Origin: a virus
Length of the DNA stretch: 64,000 nucleotides
Direction: 5' to 3' (one strand)
Virus record (IMG/VR): IMGVR_UViG_2902247982_000002
Location: 18,319-82,318 of that record
Positions within the stretch are counted from its first letter, which is position 1. Each line of letters begins with the position of its first letter. Under the pieces are notes generated by a model. It had not been told where the DNA came from, did not search any database, and saw nothing but the letters and a program-made list of their open reading frames with translations. Position numbers and translations under genes: made by a program. Below, in pieces: positions 8,973 to 19,462 of the stretch.

Positions 8973-11768
8973 ATGGCACAGGAAAGCATAGGAACCGCGC
9001 GGCTAGACATTGTTGTCGACACTTCGCAGTTCGATACCGCCATTGCGACGGCGAAGCGTCGCACCAGCGACATGTCGCAGTCAGCCCAGGCGGACTATGC
9101 CAAGCTGACGGCAGCCGAGCGCCGCCGGGTCGATGCCCTGATCAACCAGGCCAATACCATCGACTTTACGCGCAAGCAGCAGATTCTGTACAACGCTGCG
9201 CTGCGTGACGTACCCACGTCCATTCTGGACGAGTTGAAGGCCAAGCTATCGGCCACAGGCGCGGCAGCGGCCGGCGCTGGCAAGCAGTTGAACCAGTACG
9301 GAATAAGCGCCGCACAGCAGGCTGCCGCCCTTCGGGGTGTGCCGGCGCAGCTGACTGACATTGTCGTGTCACTCCAAGGTGGCCAGCAGCCGCTGACCGT
9401 CCTGCTTCAGCAAGGCGGCCAGCTGAAGGACATGTTTGGCGGTATCGTGCCGGCCGCCAAAGCCCTGGGCGGCGCCATTCTGGGGTTGGTGAACCCCTAC
9501 ACGCTGGCCGCTGGCGCGGTGGCACTGTGGATTGCTGCGCTGTCTTCGGGCAAGGGGGAACAACAGGAATTCACCAAAACGCTGATTCTCAGCGGGAACG
9601 CCATCGGTCAGACGGCCACCGGCATGTCCGATCTTGCGTCCCGGATCGGTGCTGTTGCTGGCTCGCGCGGGAAGGCGGTTGATGCGCTCAACCTCATCGC
9701 GGCGTCCGGCAAGATCACGACGCAGAACATCCAGGCCGTTGGGGTCGCCGCGGTCGCAATGAACCGGGCGACGGGAAAGGCCATCGGTGACACGATTCAG
9801 GAATTCGAATCGTTGCGCACGAAGCCGGCCGAGGCCATAGCGGCGCTCAACGAGAAGCAGAACTTTCTGACGCTCGCGATCTACGAGCAGATTGCGGCGC
9901 TGGAGCGCCAGGGGCGTACGCAGGAGGCCGCTGCACTCGCCCAGCGCACGTATGCCGATGCTGTGAAGCAGCAGGCGGACGATGTGCGGCAGAACCTGGG
10001 CTATCTTGAGCGCGCCTGGGACTCCACCAAGCAAGGCGCGCTCGGTGCATGGGAGGCGATGAAAAGCCTTGGGCGTGCCCCCAGCTTCGATGACCTGGTT
10101 GGCCGCCTGCGGGAAGTCAACGCCGAGTTGACGAAGCTGCGGACCAATGCAACGCCGCCAACCGACGAATCCCAGGCATTTTTCGGCGATGGTGGCCGTG
10201 GGGCTCGCCGCCGTGCGCGGCCCTTGGAAAAGGAGGCCGACAAGCTGAATGCAGAGGCCGCCATGCTCCAGCAGCAGGCGGACGAAGCCGCAATTCAGGG
10301 CATGCTGAAGCGGCAGGAGGCCGAGAAGGTGGCGGCGGCCGGCCGGCTGGCGGCTCTGGCGAAGGAAACGGAGACCAACCAGCAGAAGCGCGAGCGCGAG
10401 ATTGCCCAGGTCAAGAAAGACGCGGCGCTGACAGGCGCCACGCTGGAAGCCCAGAAGAAGCTGATCGACCAGATCAACGACAAGTACAAGGATCCTGCGG
10501 CCAAGGCCTATACCGATAGCGCCGCGGTGAAGCTGTTGCAGCAGTTCCGCGAAGGCGAAGCATCGCTAAAGGCCCAGATCGCCAGTGAAGGCAAGTTGGC
10601 GGGTTGGGGCCAGAAGCGCGCCGAGTTCGAGCAGCAGATCGCCGACCTGAAGGAAAAGAAGGTACTGACGGCGGACCAGAAAAGCCTGCTCGCACAGCAA
10701 GACAAGCTGCGGGCTCAGCTGGATCTGAACGTCGCGGCTGAACAGGAGCTGCGCACCAAGCAGGAAGCCGCCAAACTGGAAGCCCTACGCTCCAGCCTGG
10801 AGTCGTCTCGCCGTCTGGAGCAACAGCAGTTTGCCGACCAGGTCGCGGGCATCGGGATGGGCGACCGCGCGCAGGAGGAATTGCGCGCCCGCCAGGGCAT
10901 CTTGCGCGACTACCAGAACCAGGTTGAACGGCTGACAAGGGACCACACGCTGGGCAAGGTGACGGCGGAGGGCTACCAAGCCGAAACTTTGTTGCTGCAA
11001 GAGAACCTGACGAAGCGCCTGGAAATGCAGCAGGGGTATTTCGATCAGGTGCGCGAGGCTCAGGGCGATTGGACGAAGGGCGCAACATCCGCGCTGGATA
11101 ACTACCTGGATTCGGCATCCAACGTGGCCGGGCAGTCCAAGACGCTGTTTTCCAATGCCTTTCAGGGTATGGAAGACGCGGTCGTCAAATTCGCCACTAC
11201 TGGGAAACTCAGTTTCGCGGACTTCGCCAAGAGCGTCCTTTCCGACCTGGCGCGCATCGCGGCACGCCAAGCCATTGTCGGCATGGTCGGAAGCATCGTT
11301 GGCGCTCTTGCCGGCGGTATCACCGCTGGTGCGGGTGCCACGGCTGGCGGGTCGATGACCGGCAATGTCGATGGGATGTCCGGTAGCTGGGGGGCGGTTG
11401 CGGGTGCTCGCGCATCTGGCGGCCCCACGGCTCCGAACTCACTTTACAGGGTGAACGAACTGGGGCCCGAGCTGTATTCGGAGGGCGGCAATACCTACCT
11501 GATGAGCGGGGGAGATGGCGGTTTCGTGACGCCGCTGCGCAACAGCGTGCCGGGCAGCGGTGGCGGTGCTGGCACCACCTACACCATCACGAATCAGGTG
11601 ATCTTCAACGATTCCGGCCGGCAAACGTCTCAGCAAGGCCAGGATGAGGCCATAGGGCGCGAAATGCTGTCTCAGATGGAGGCAGTTGCCCAGCGTGTCG
11701 TTGATCGCTCCTACAAGGCGAATGGAACGGCCTGGAAGGCAATGAACGGGAGGGCCACATATGGCTGA
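8973..11768 (+). CDS. Tape measure protein (lambda H-like)
   Basis: 931 aa, helical Ala/Gln-rich; LLQQGGQLKDMFGG motif; lambda-type C-terminus. Confidence 0.95.
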   Translation: MAQESIGTARLDIVVDTSQFDTAIATAKRRTSDMSQSAQADYAKLTAAERRRVDALINQANTIDFTRKQQILYNAALRDVPTSILDELKAKLSATGAAAAGAGKQLNQYGISAAQQAAALRGVPAQLTDIVVSLQGGQQPLTVLLQQGGQLKDMFGGIVPAAKALGGAILGLVNPYTLAAGAVALWIAALSSGKGEQQEFTKTLILSGNAIGQTATGMSDLASRIGAVAGSRGKAVDALNLIAASGKITTQNIQAVGVAAVAMNRATGKAIGDTIQEFESLRTKPAEAIAALNEKQNFLTLAIYEQIAALERQGRTQEAAALAQRTYADAVKQQADDVRQNLGYLERAWDSTKQGALGAWEAMKSLGRAPSFDDLVGRLREVNAELTKLRTNATPPTDESQAFFGDGGRGARRRARPLEKEADKLNAEAAMLQQQADEAAIQGMLKRQEAEKVAAAGRLAALAKETETNQQKREREIAQVKKDAALTGATLEAQKKLIDQINDKYKDPAAKAYTDSAAVKLLQQFREGEASLKAQIASEGKLAGWGQKRAEFEQQIADLKEKKVLTADQKSLLAQQDKLRAQLDLNVAAEQELRTKQEAAKLEALRSSLESSRRLEQQQFADQVAGIGMGDRAQEELRARQGILRDYQNQVERLTRDHTLGKVTAEGYQAETLLLQENLTKRLEMQQGYFDQVREAQGDWTKGATSALDNYLDSASNVAGQSKTLFSNAFQGMEDAVVKFATTGKLSFADFAKSVLSDLARIAARQAIVGMVGSIVGALAGGITAGAGATAGGSMTGNVDGMSGSWGAVAGARASGGPTAPNSLYRVNELGPELYSEGGNTYLMSGGDGGFVTPLRNSVPGSGGGAGTTYTITNQVIFNDSGRQTSQQGQDEAIGREMLSQMEAVAQRVVDRSYKANGTAWKAMNGRATYG

Positions 11769-12096
11769 ACGGTTTACCTGGCGCGCAACGGGCCAGCCGG
11801 CGGGGACGGTTACCTATCGGCGAATCGTCGCGCGCTTTGGTGACGGGTATCGCCAGGTGGTAGGCGATGGCATCAACAATCGGGTTCAGTCCTGGCCCGT
11901 TCAGATCCAGGGGGACCGCGCGGAAATCATGGCCGCGGTGGACTTCCTGGATAGACATTCGGGTGTCCGTTCCTTCTTGTGGACGCCGCCGGCCGGCGAA
12001 GAGGGCTACTACGAGGTTTCCTCGTTCAGCCTGACGCCGGTCGGTGGCACGGTCTACACGCTTTCCGCAACATTCGAGCAGGTCTTCAGACCCTAG
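11761..12096 (+). CDS. Minor tail protein M
   Basis: FGDGYRQ...GINN, FLWTPP motifs. Confidence 0.9.
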   Translation: MAERFTWRATGQPAGTVTYRRIVARFGDGYRQVVGDGINNRVQSWPVQIQGDRAEIMAAVDFLDRHSGVRSFLWTPPAGEEGYYEVSSFSLTPVGGTVYTLSATFEQVFRP

Positions 12097-12101
12097 AAAC
12101 G

Positions 12102-13688
12102 ATGGAACAACTTGAACAAATCCCTATTGGCCAGCAGGCCAATGACGGCACGGGTGATCCGCTGCGCAACGGCATGGCCAAGGTCAACGCCAACTTCACC
12201 AAGGTGCAGACGGGCGTCGACGCGGTGGAGTTGACCGCGGCGAACGCGGAACAGACTGCCACCGAGGCCAAGATCACGGCCGACGCCGCGATCCCCGCGA
12301 CCCAGAAGGGCATGGCTGGGGGCGTCGCCCCACTGGATGCCACCGGCAAGGTGCCGGCCACGTACCTGCCGGAACTCGCCGATTACATCCCGCTGGATCA
12401 AAAGGGCGCAGCCGATGGCGTGGCCCCACTGGACGGTGGTACGAAGGTGCCTCTGGCGAACCTGCCTGTGGGCACTGCGGGCGGTGTCGCACCGCTCGAT
12501 GCGCAGGGAAAGGTTCCGGCAGTCAACCTGCCGGCGGCGCAGGACTCTATCCCGCTGACGCAGAAAGGGGCCGCGGATGGCGTGGCTACGCTCGATGAGG
12601 CGGGCCAGGTTCCCGTAGAGCAGCTGGGCGGCGCCGTGAAGTCGGCCGAGAAGGGCGCGGCGAGCGGTGTAGCGACCTTGGATTCTGGGGGCAAGGTTCC
12701 CGCCGGCCAGCTGCCGCCGATCCCTACCGGGCCACCGGTCGGGTCGGTGGCCTGGTGGCCCCTGCGCTCATCCCTCCCCGCCGGTCAGATTCCGTCTGAC
12801 GGGCAGACCGTGGGTCGCGCCACGTTCCCCGATCTGGCGCAGATGGTCGTCGACGGCAAGGTGCCGGTGGTGGCCGAGGCTGATTGGTTGGCCGACCCGC
12901 TCAAGCGCGGGGCCTACACACTCGGCGACGGATCGACCACCATCCGGGTGCCGGACTACAACGGCAAGTCGTCAGGTGCTTACGCGGCGGTGGTGTTACG
13001 GGGAGACGGTGCGCGGTCGGCTGGAACGAATGGCGCTATCCAGGCGGATGCCTTGCAAAACATTACAGGCTCTTGGTCCGTCCGCCCATCGTCCGGGACA
13101 ACTTTCACTATGACCGCCGGGGCCGGTGCGGTGGATACGCCCCTGACCACCACCGGATCGGGGGTAAATCAGCTCGGTTCATCGGGCACCGGCGGCCAAC
13201 AGCAGGTTACGTTCGACGCATCCCGGGTGGCGCGTACCGGCGTTGAAACCCGCATGACGAACGTCTCTGGCGTCTGGACCATCCAGGCGTTCGGCGCAGT
13301 CACCAACCCTGGGAGCGTCGACGCCGCGCAATTGGCCAGCGACTATGCCGCACTCAATGCGGCGTTTCAGCCAGTGCGCGATCAAGTGTTCGGTTTGAGC
13401 CAATCCTATCAAGATGTCACAGGCTCGCGGGCTTTTGATCTGACGGTCTATACCAACACGACGGGACGGCCCATTGTCATCCATATCGGCTTCAACGTGT
13501 CTGGGTCGGCGGTTGTGAGCATTGATATTCGGCCGAGTGGGTCTACGGGTTGGATTCCGGGAAGCACCATGGGTTTCTCGTCCGCTGCTAACGGCCTATC
13601 GATGACGTGCGTTGTCGCCGCCGGAGCGTCCTACAGGATGCAGAAGGGCAACGCCGCCACCATCAGCAGTGTCTGGGAGTACCGATGA
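12102..13688 (+). CDS. Side tail fiber protein
   Basis: N-terminal IGQQANDGTGDPLR, five GVAxLD..GKVP repeats, collar-like IQADALQNITG...ETR, C-terminal YTNTTGRPI domain. Confidence 0.85.
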   Translation: MEQLEQIPIGQQANDGTGDPLRNGMAKVNANFTKVQTGVDAVELTAANAEQTATEAKITADAAIPATQKGMAGGVAPLDATGKVPATYLPELADYIPLDQKGAADGVAPLDGGTKVPLANLPVGTAGGVAPLDAQGKVPAVNLPAAQDSIPLTQKGAADGVATLDEAGQVPVEQLGGAVKSAEKGAASGVATLDSGGKVPAGQLPPIPTGPPVGSVAWWPLRSSLPAGQIPSDGQTVGRATFPDLAQMVVDGKVPVVAEADWLADPLKRGAYTLGDGSTTIRVPDYNGKSSGAYAAVVLRGDGARSAGTNGAIQADALQNITGSWSVRPSSGTTFTMTAGAGAVDTPLTTTGSGVNQLGSSGTGGQQQVTFDASRVARTGVETRMTNVSGVWTIQAFGAVTNPGSVDAAQLASDYAALNAAFQPVRDQVFGLSQSYQDVTGSRAFDLTVYTNTTGRPIVIHIGFNVSGSAVVSIDIRPSGSTGWIPGSTMGFSSAANGLSMTCVVAAGASYRMQKGNAATISSVWEYR

Positions 13689-14161
13689 TGCAGCTATTTC
13701 GAGATACAGAAACGGGCGAATTTTGGGAATTTGAGGACGATGTGCGCGCCGAAAATTCGCAGGGCTTTTACGAATTCATGGCGTCCCGCGGTGGGCGGAT
13801 AGACGCACCCAAAACGCTGGTCCCGGCCATCCGGCCGGTGGTTCCCGCAGCGCCTGAGTATGTCCCCGTGGTGGTTTCTCGCTTTCAGGGGCGGCAGGCT
13901 CTGCGGCTGTCAACGATCGAGGGCGGCCACGTCGTTATCAATGACACATCGGCGCCGAACGAGGAAAAACGCGACCTGCTCGCCGCAGTCGAGGAGTTGC
14001 TTGCCAGAGCGACCACGCCAGCTTACTACCGCGAAGCATGGAACGACATTCAGCAGTTCGAGCGCGACAGTCCGATGCTGAATGCAATCGCTGATGAACT
14101 GGGTCTGACCGCCGCGAACCTGGATGACCTGTTCATCTTCGGCAAGACCTTGCGGGCATAG
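13685..14161 (+). CDS. Putative tail fiber assembly/chaperone protein
   Basis: ATGA overlap with fiber; VSRFQGRQAL...LDDLF pattern. Confidence 0.65.
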   Translation: MMQLFRDTETGEFWEFEDDVRAENSQGFYEFMASRGGRIDAPKTLVPAIRPVVPAAPEYVPVVVSRFQGRQALRLSTIEGGHVVINDTSAPNEEKRDLLAAVEELLARATTPAYYREAWNDIQQFERDSPMLNAIADELGLTAANLDDLFIFGKTLRA

Positions 14162-14169
14162 GGGGCAGC

Positions 14170-14898
14170 ATGCGGATTTATGCAGATGTGCAGAAACTGG
14201 AGGTCGGCGACCTGGTCGAACTCTACGAGCTGGACGCCACGCCGATAGGCGGGACGCTTCAGCGCTTCCACGGCTACACGCAGGTAGGGCCTATCTGGTG
14301 GCAGGGCAACCAGTACGACCCCTGGGCGATCACGGCGGAAGGCTTCGAGCAGGTGGGCGACGGCCAGCAGCCCACGCCCATGCTGTCGGTCGGAAACATC
14401 GGCGCGGACGCCGAGGGCAAGCCGATTGCGGGCGTGATTTCCTCGTTGTGTATCGCGCTGGATGACCTGGTGGGCGCCTGGGTCCGGGTGCGGCGCACGC
14501 TGGGCAGCTACCTTGACGCCCAGAATTTCCCGGAAGGCAACCCAACCGCGAACCCGGCCGAAGAACTACCGACCGAGGTCTGGATCGTGCAGCAGAAGAC
14601 GGCCGAAACCGCCGAGGTGGTGGAATTCCAGTTGTCGAGCGCGCTGGACTTCGACGGCCAACAACTGCCCAGCCGACCGATCATCGCCGGCGTATGCGGC
14701 TGGCTGCGCAAGGGCGGCTACCGCGGCCCGTACTGCGGCTATACCGGTAGCCGCATGTTCGACCTAGCCGGCAACCCGGTCACGGACCCGGCGCGAGATC
14801 GCTGCTCGGGTCTTATGTCGGACTGCAAGAAGCGATTCGGCGAATACGAGGTCATCAACTTCGGCGGGTTCCCCTCGGCCGACCTGATCAGGGGATAG
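14170..14898 (+). CDS. Minor tail protein L
   Basis: Cys cluster C..YRG..CGY...D.C...SDCKKRFG, FGGFP. Confidence 0.93.
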   Translation: MRIYADVQKLEVGDLVELYELDATPIGGTLQRFHGYTQVGPIWWQGNQYDPWAITAEGFEQVGDGQQPTPMLSVGNIGADAEGKPIAGVISSLCIALDDLVGAWVRVRRTLGSYLDAQNFPEGNPTANPAEELPTEVWIVQQKTAETAEVVEFQLSSALDFDGQQLPSRPIIAGVCGWLRKGGYRGPYCGYTGSRMFDLAGNPVTDPARDRCSGLMSDCKKRFGEYEVINFGGFPSADLIRG

Positions 14899-14900
14899 AC

Positions 14901-15674
14901 ATGCGCAAGAAGACAATGGAAGCCATCCGCGCCCATGCGGTAGCCGAGTACCCACGCGAGTGCTGCGGGCTGGTCGTGATGGTGGCGCGCCGTGAGGTGT
15001 ATGTGCCGTGCCGGAATACGGCGGCCAGCGCCGACCATTTCGTGCTGGCGGCCGACGACTACGCTGCGGCCGAAGACACCGGCCGGATCGTGGCAATCGT
15101 GCATTCGCATCCCGACGAGACGCCGGCGCCGAGCGAGGCGGACCGCGTGGCCTGCGAGGCTACGGGCCTGCCCTGGTTCATCGTGGCCGTGACCAAGGAC
15201 GAAGACGGCGCCGTGGTGGCGGGCGAGGTCCGGGGCTTTACCCCGGTGGGCTTCCAGGCTCCGTTGCTGGGCCGTCAGTTCGCGCATGGGGTGCTGGACT
15301 GCTACAGCCTGGTGCGGGATTGGTACAAGCGCGAGCGCGGTATCGAGCTGCTGGACTTCCAGCGCGATGACGGCTGGTGGGAGCCGGGCCGCGAAGGCGA
15401 CCTGTACATGGACCACTATGCCGAGGCGGGATTCCGGCCGCTGCAGGCCGGCGAGGACATGGCGCCAGGCGACGTGATTCTGATGCAGGTCCGATCCAAC
15501 CGCGCCAACCACGCTGGCGTGTTCCTGGGTGCCGAAGGGCTGAAGGAAGCGCCGGGATTGTTCTCGGTTCCGGACGCGATGCTGCACCACCTGTACGGCA
15601 GGCAGTCTGAGCGGGTGGTGTATGGCGGTTATTGGCGCGAGGCAACGCGCCTGGTGCTGCGTTATCAAGGGTGA
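14901..15674 (+). CDS. Tail assembly protein K (JAB/MPN + NlpC/P60)
   Basis: PRECCG, VHSHPD, DCYSLVRD, NHAGV motifs. Confidence 0.93.
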   Translation: MRKKTMEAIRAHAVAEYPRECCGLVVMVARREVYVPCRNTAASADHFVLAADDYAAAEDTGRIVAIVHSHPDETPAPSEADRVACEATGLPWFIVAVTKDEDGAVVAGEVRGFTPVGFQAPLLGRQFAHGVLDCYSLVRDWYKRERGIELLDFQRDDGWWEPGREGDLYMDHYAEAGFRPLQAGEDMAPGDVILMQVRSNRANHAGVFLGAEGLKEAPGLFSVPDAMLHHLYGRQSERVVYGGYWREATRLVLRYQG

Positions 15675-15677
15675 AGC

Positions 15678-16283
15678 ATGAACGAAACACTACGCACGGT
15701 GCGGCTGTACGGGCGCCTGGGCACGGAATTCGGCCGGGTGCATCGGCTGGCAGTCAACAGCACCGCGGAAGCTGTCCGCGCGCTCTGCGTGCTTGTGCCT
15801 GGCTTTGAGGCCAAGCTGGCGTCCAGCGCCGGCCAGGGTGTGGCCTACGCTTGCTTTGTCGGTAAGCGGAACCTGAGCGAAGGCCAGATGGCACACCCGG
15901 TTGGTGATAACGATATTCGCATCGCCCCGGTGGCAACGGGCGGGAAGCGTGCGGGGCTGTTCCAGACTGTTCTGGGCGCTGTCCTGGTCGCCGCTGCGGT
16001 CATTTATACAGGCGGTGTGGGCGCTGCTTTTGCGGCAAAAGGGATTGCAGGCGCGACGGCCATGATTGGGGCGTCGATGTTCATTGGTGGTGTGGTGCAG
16101 ATGCTCTCACCCCAGCAGCGCTCACTGAGTTCAGCGGATCGCCCGGAGAACGGGGCATCCTACAACTTCAATGGGCCGGTCAACACGTCAGCCCAGGGCA
16201 ACCCTGTACCGGTGTTGTACGGGCACATGATTATCGGCAGCGCGACGATCTCGGCCGGAATATTCTCTGAGGATCAGGCATGA
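15678..16283 (+). CDS. Tail assembly protein I
   Basis: VRLYGRLG, QGNPVPVLYG motifs. Confidence 0.93.
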   Translation: MNETLRTVRLYGRLGTEFGRVHRLAVNSTAEAVRALCVLVPGFEAKLASSAGQGVAYACFVGKRNLSEGQMAHPVGDNDIRIAPVATGGKRAGLFQTVLGAVLVAAAVIYTGGVGAAFAAKGIAGATAMIGASMFIGGVVQMLSPQQRSLSSADRPENGASYNFNGPVNTSAQGNPVPVLYGHMIIGSATISAGIFSEDQA

Positions 16284-19200
16284 AAATGAGGCAACGCAGA
16301 AAGGCACCTTCGGGTGCCTTTTTTTATGGGCGTCGTCGGGTTGAAGTCGCGCCTGTCGTCGGCCATAAGGGCGGCAAGGGCGGCGGTGGTGGCCGAGGCC
16401 CCAGCGAGGCCCCGGATAGCCTGCATAGCATCGCCTATGCCCGCGTCATCGATTTGTTGAGCGAAGGCGAGATCTACGGCCCTGTGCATGGCCTTGGTGG
16501 CGCGCTGCGGGACGTATACCTCAATGGCACGCCCGTTGCGAATGCAGACGGCTCGCTGAACTTTTCCAACGTGTCGATCGACTTCCGCACTGGCACGCAA
16601 TGGCAAGACCCATTGCCTGGGTTCCCGGCGTCCGAGAACACCATCGGCGTCAACACCGAACTGAAGGCCACGCAGCCCTGGGTCCGCCTGTTCACCAATC
16701 GCCAGTTGTCCGCTGTACGGGTGACGCTGGCCGTCGAGGGTCTGAGCCGCGCCGACACGTCGAACGGCGATATCAACGGCTACCGTGTCGAGTACGCCAT
16801 CGATGTAAGCCGGGACGGCGGCGCCTACCAGCAGGTGCTGGCCAGCGCCTTCGACGGCAAGACCACGCAGCGCTACGCGCGGTCGCATCGTGTTGAGCTG
16901 CCGGCCGGTGCGCAACAGGGGTGGAGCGTTCGCGTTCGGCGCCTGACTGCCAACGCGAACAGCAACACGATCGCGGATCGCACCATCGTCGACGCCGTAA
17001 CCGAGGTGATCGACGCCAAGCTGCGCTATCCCATGTCCGCCGTCGTCGGTATCAAGATTGACGCGGCGCAGTTCCAGAGCGTGCCCACGCGGGCCTATGA
17101 TCTGAAGGGCCGCATTATCCGGGTGCCGAGCAACTACGACCCGGAGACGCGCGCCTATATCGGAACCTGGGATGGCACGTTCAAGACGGCGTGGACCGAT
17201 AACCCGGCCTGGGTGTTCTTCGACCTGGTGGGCAATGACCGCTACGGCCTGGGCGAGCGGGTTCCGGCCGGCTGGCTGGACAAGTGGGGCCTGTACCAGA
17301 TCGGCCGGTATTGCGATGAACTGGTGGACGACGGCTTCGGCGGAAAGGAGCCGCGATTCACCTGCAATGTCTACTTGCAGACGACGGCCGATGCGTACCG
17401 CGTTGTCCAGGATCTGGCATCCGTGTTTCGCGGCATGGCGTACTGGGCGAATTCTTCGGTGATCGCCGTGGCCGACATGCCGAGTGATCCGGTCTATACG
17501 TACTCGTCAGCCAACGTCATTGATGGCCGGTTCTCCTACACCGGGTCGGCGTTGAACACGCGCTACACGGTCGCGCTGGTGTCCTGGACCGACTTGACGG
17601 ACATGGGACGCCAGAAGGTCGAGTATGTCGAGAACCGAGAGGGCATTGCCCGCTACGGCATCAAGCAGCTGGAGGTGACGGCTTTCGGATGCACGTCCCG
17701 GGGCCAGGCGAACCGCGTCGGAAAGTGGCTTTTACTGACCTCCAATCTGGAGACCCGCGGCGTCACCTTCAGCGTCGGCTTGGAGCATTGCCAGATCCGA
17801 CCCGGCAGCATCATCCGCATTGCCGATCAGCATTTGGCCGGGCGGCGTATCGGCGGACGCATCCGGGAAGCGACGGACAGCCGAATCGTGGTCGACGCCG
17901 AACTGGGTATCCGGCCGGGTGACCGCCTGACCGTGAACCTGCCCAGCGGCAAGTCCGAAACACGGATCGTGTCTTCGGCGATGGGCGAGCCGTTGACGCT
18001 GGACAGCGGGGTTTACAGCTACGACTCAACCGCGCTGACTTGGGACTTGATCGGCCTGCCTGGCACTGCCATGCATATCGATGTCAGCACGCCGTTTTCT
18101 GAGGTTCCGGAGCCGGACTGCGTGTGGACGCTGGAGTCTGAGGCGCTGTCGGCGCAGACGTTCCGCGTCCTGAGCATCAAGCGCAAGGATGGTGTGCTGG
18201 CCGATATCTCGGCTATCCAGCACGAGCCGGGCAAGTTCAACAACGTCGACTTCGGTACGCGCCTGGACCGCCCGCCGATTTCAGTGGTGCCGCCGGGTGT
18301 GCAGTCGCCGCCCACGGAACCGAAGATCAGCGCCTATTACATCGTCAGCCAGGGCATTGCGAATCACACCGCCGTTTTCGAATGGAAGGCGGCCGATAGC
18401 GCGGTGGCCTATGAGGTGCAGTGGCGCCGCGATAACTCCGACTGGATCAACCTGCCGGGCACGGGCTACACGCGGGTGGAGGTGCCGAACATTTACGCCG
18501 GCGGCTACACGTTCCGCGTGCGGGCGCTGAACTCGCTGGGCGTGGCGTCGATCTGGACCACGTCCACGCTGACCCAGCTGGACGGCATTGTCGGGCCGCC
18601 GCCGGTGGTGACGAGCCTGATTGCCAAAGGCCTGTTGTTCGCCATCCAGCTGGACTGGGGCCTACCGCCTGGACCGTCGATCATCGAGCGCACCGAGGTC
18701 TACTACTCGCAGAATTCCAGCTTTGAATCGGCCATCCCGTTGGGCGTCTTCGCCTACCCGCAGAACACGCACACATTGCTGGGCCTGCGTGCTGGCCAGG
18801 AATTGTGGTTCTGGGCTCGGCTGGTCGACAAGAACGGGGTAGCGGGGGAGTGGTATCCCGCGGCTTCCGGCATCGGTGTACGCGGCCAGGCCAGTTCGGA
18901 CGCGGGCCCGATCCTGGAGCAGATCGGCGGCAAGATCGAAAAGTCCATGCTCGGCCAGGACTTGATAACCGAAATCGAATCGGGGGGCGGCGCCGCGACC
19001 GAGATCAAGGAAGTGAAAGACGGCCTAAATGCGATGGTGAGCATCAAGGCCGGCGTAACCGTGGACGGAAAGTATTACAGCGCCGGCATGGGCGTAGGCG
19101 TCGAGAACACGCCCGAGGGCATGCAGACGCAGGTGCTTTTCTTGGCCGACCGTCTGGCGCTCATCAACCTTGCCAACGGGGTGGTTTCCACGCCCTTCGC

Positions 19201-19462
19201 TATCCAGAACGGGCAGACCTTTATTAGCCAGGCTTTCATCCAAGACGGCACGATCACCAGCGCCAAGATCGGCGATTACATCCAGTCTAACAACTACCAA
19301 GCCAACGTCAGCGGGTGGCGTTTGGACAAGTCTGGGACGCTTTCCATGAACGCTTACACGCCAGGCCAGGGCCGCAAGGTGGTGCGCCCTGACGTGGAAT
19401 TTGTGCTGGATGGAAACGGCGTCGTCCGCGTGCAAATTGGCAACCTGAGCGCGTCGCTATGA
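16280..19462 (+). CDS. Host-specificity/central tail protein J
   Basis: DLLSEGEI, WTDNPAW, EPRFTCN, CTSRGQA motifs; FN3-like region; C-terminal IQDGTITSAKIG. Confidence 0.95.
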   Translation: MKMRQRRKAPSGAFFYGRRRVEVAPVVGHKGGKGGGGGRGPSEAPDSLHSIAYARVIDLLSEGEIYGPVHGLGGALRDVYLNGTPVANADGSLNFSNVSIDFRTGTQWQDPLPGFPASENTIGVNTELKATQPWVRLFTNRQLSAVRVTLAVEGLSRADTSNGDINGYRVEYAIDVSRDGGAYQQVLASAFDGKTTQRYARSHRVELPAGAQQGWSVRVRRLTANANSNTIADRTIVDAVTEVIDAKLRYPMSAVVGIKIDAAQFQSVPTRAYDLKGRIIRVPSNYDPETRAYIGTWDGTFKTAWTDNPAWVFFDLVGNDRYGLGERVPAGWLDKWGLYQIGRYCDELVDDGFGGKEPRFTCNVYLQTTADAYRVVQDLASVFRGMAYWANSSVIAVADMPSDPVYTYSSANVIDGRFSYTGSALNTRYTVALVSWTDLTDMGRQKVEYVENREGIARYGIKQLEVTAFGCTSRGQANRVGKWLLLTSNLETRGVTFSVGLEHCQIRPGSIIRIADQHLAGRRIGGRIREATDSRIVVDAELGIRPGDRLTVNLPSGKSETRIVSSAMGEPLTLDSGVYSYDSTALTWDLIGLPGTAMHIDVSTPFSEVPEPDCVWTLESEALSAQTFRVLSIKRKDGVLADISAIQHEPGKFNNVDFGTRLDRPPISVVPPGVQSPPTEPKISAYYIVSQGIANHTAVFEWKAADSAVAYEVQWRRDNSDWINLPGTGYTRVEVPNIYAGGYTFRVRALNSLGVASIWTTSTLTQLDGIVGPPPVVTSLIAKGLLFAIQLDWGLPPGPSIIERTEVYYSQNSSFESAIPLGVFAYPQNTHTLLGLRAGQELWFWARLVDKNGVAGEWYPAASGIGVRGQASSDAGPILEQIGGKIEKSMLGQDLITEIESGGGAATEIKEVKDGLNAMVSIKAGVTVDGKYYSAGMGVGVENTPEGMQTQVLFLADRLALINLANGVVSTPFAIQNGQTFISQAFIQDGTITSAKIGDYIQSNNYQANVSGWRLDKSGTLSMNAYTPGQGRKVVRPDVEFVLDGNGVVRVQIGNLSASL
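16301..16325 (+). terminator. Intrinsic terminator-like hairpin within the 5' end of J
   Basis: AAGGCACC-TTCG-GGTGCCTT followed by T5. Confidence 0.7.
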
